Both the position numbers and the translations under genes were made by a program. The notes beneath the pieces were generated by a model, which was given only the letters and a program-made list of their open reading frames with translations, did not search any database and was not told the DNA's origin. From Octopus bimaculoides (lineage: Eukaryota), in assembly GCF_001194135.2 (NCBI RefSeq), contig NC_068982.1:181679860-181718287 (forward strand): DNA of 38,428 nt. The letters run 5' to 3'. How positions within the stretch are numbered: position 1 is the stretch's first letter; every line of letters begins with the position of its first letter. Positions 36,801-38,428 of the stretch are shown here, piece after piece.

Positions 36801-38428
36801 TTTGTTTTTTTAACAAATGCATGACATATGTAATGTGTAGCAGTTACAGGGAATTTGATTTAGTGATAGCAGATAATGGAAGATAACAAGAATTATGTTA
36901 TATGAATTGAGAAGGTATGTGGAACTAAGTAATATTTATCCTGCGGATTTTGCCTCAAGCACTTCTCAACGTTCAGTTCATAAGGAAAAAAAAATACGAA
37001 AATTTCTACAATATATTATGAAGCGCAAGAATGAAACACCTGCGAGAGATATAAAGATGATTCATCATGCAAATGTGTATAGTATTGAAACATTGCAATT
37101 TACAGAGACATAAACAGTCAAACATTTCTGATGAATATGATAAAACACTTTCTTAGGTAAAATTCATATATCGCTGCATGCATTAAATGAAGTTTTCCGT
37201 CGTGCATTAGAAGAAAGCAAGACTTCAACAATCAGCTTACATATATATATACTACTCTCGAGTGAGAATAATTGACAGATTTATCGGAACGAAAACAAAA
37301 TTTCGGATTTGTTAGGTGTTGTGAGAAAATATTTCATTTTATATATCCAGTGTCTCTAGAGTAAAGTAGCTTTCTTTTGCTCTGGAATTTACTGTATAGT
37401 GTTTGTCAGCTCCGAATATCACTACCATAGTCTTAATAGTCGAGTCTTCATATACATAGTTTTATCACAAAATATGTGCAAATGATTTAGATAATATTAA
37501 GAGTACCACAAAAATATTGAACCAGCTGGGGTGTTTTAACACTCTAGGTACGCTTAAATCTCGGAATCATGTAAGGCTAGTATAAGAACAGCAGCCAAAG
37601 AGAATATAAAATCATCTAATTATTAAAAGGAAGGTGAGCACTGGCTTATTGACAAATTCACATTTGAAAATGCGAATAAGAGGTGAAATTTAAGACACAC
37701 AGGAAGCATAGGCCCCAAAATACTCATTTAAAACCTCTATGCAGTTGCTTCATCTGCAAGCAATAGCAGCCATAGATCCCTTGTATCCAACACTAAAATT
37801 GGTACTAAGTTATAGAACAATATGTTTGATCTAAAAATGTCATTGCCATGACAAGAAGGAATTAGTTAGACCATGCATCTACTCAGGTAACGTGACATGG
37901 AGCTCTACTGAATTAGTAGCTAAAGATTATGGGATATAGCTTTATAGAGCTACATATTTTATCCGATTTCAGCAGACACAATATAATGGTGAGCAACATA
38001 TCAATACAAAACCTGTCAAGAGAAACTCTAAGTTACAAAGCAGAAAAATTAAAAAGAAAACAATGAGCTGACCAAACTGTGATTGACAAAATACACCGAT
38101 ATGTGGTTTAAACGTTAGACAGCCAAAAATAAAGTATATTTCGTTGAAAATATCTATCCACATCAAAGAAACTACGAATCCTCCGTGAAGTGACTTACAA
38201 CTATTACTCTCATCAGTTCATTCACTGCAATCAGCTACAAAATTTCGAAATATAATTAAAGATGTGGGGAAAATCTTCAGCATTGTATGGGAGGACTTTA
38301 AAAATAGATCAAAGAAAGACTATTCGCTTTATGAGCTACAGTTTCATGAGAATAATTTAAACGAAACATTTCTGAAAACATATGTGTGTGTATACAGACA
38401 CACACACACACGCCCATATATATGTATA

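Noticed and set aside
36895-38240. Short ORFs and a 36-nt candidate minus-strand exon (LIAVNELMRVIV) near 38200-38235
   Set aside because: No recognisable family, and it cannot be chained in phase with the other candidate exons

Overview
AT-rich eukaryotic scaffold sequence with eight N-gaps and many microsatellites. The SINE and LINE families resemble those I recall from octopus genomes, so it is probably cephalopod; this is an inference, not a search result. I can support no intact protein-coding gene. The window is a graveyard of decayed transposons from many classes: five Tc1/mariner fragments (four mariner, one maT/DD37D-like), an internally deleted Chapaev-type (CMC) DNA transposon, the 3' end of a Helitron (PIF1 helicase plus terminal hairpin), a Penelope GIY-YIG fragment, an RTE LINE 3' end and about six tRNA-derived SINEs. 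The best leads are a two-family mariner chimera, an inverted pair of same-family mariners, a V-SINE-like motif in an RTE 3' UTR, a polar 16-bp tandem array, and two weak protein-like segments (SGNH-like and CRAL-TRIO-like). I found no convincing novel multi-gene system. All family assignments come from remembered motifs and manual translation.
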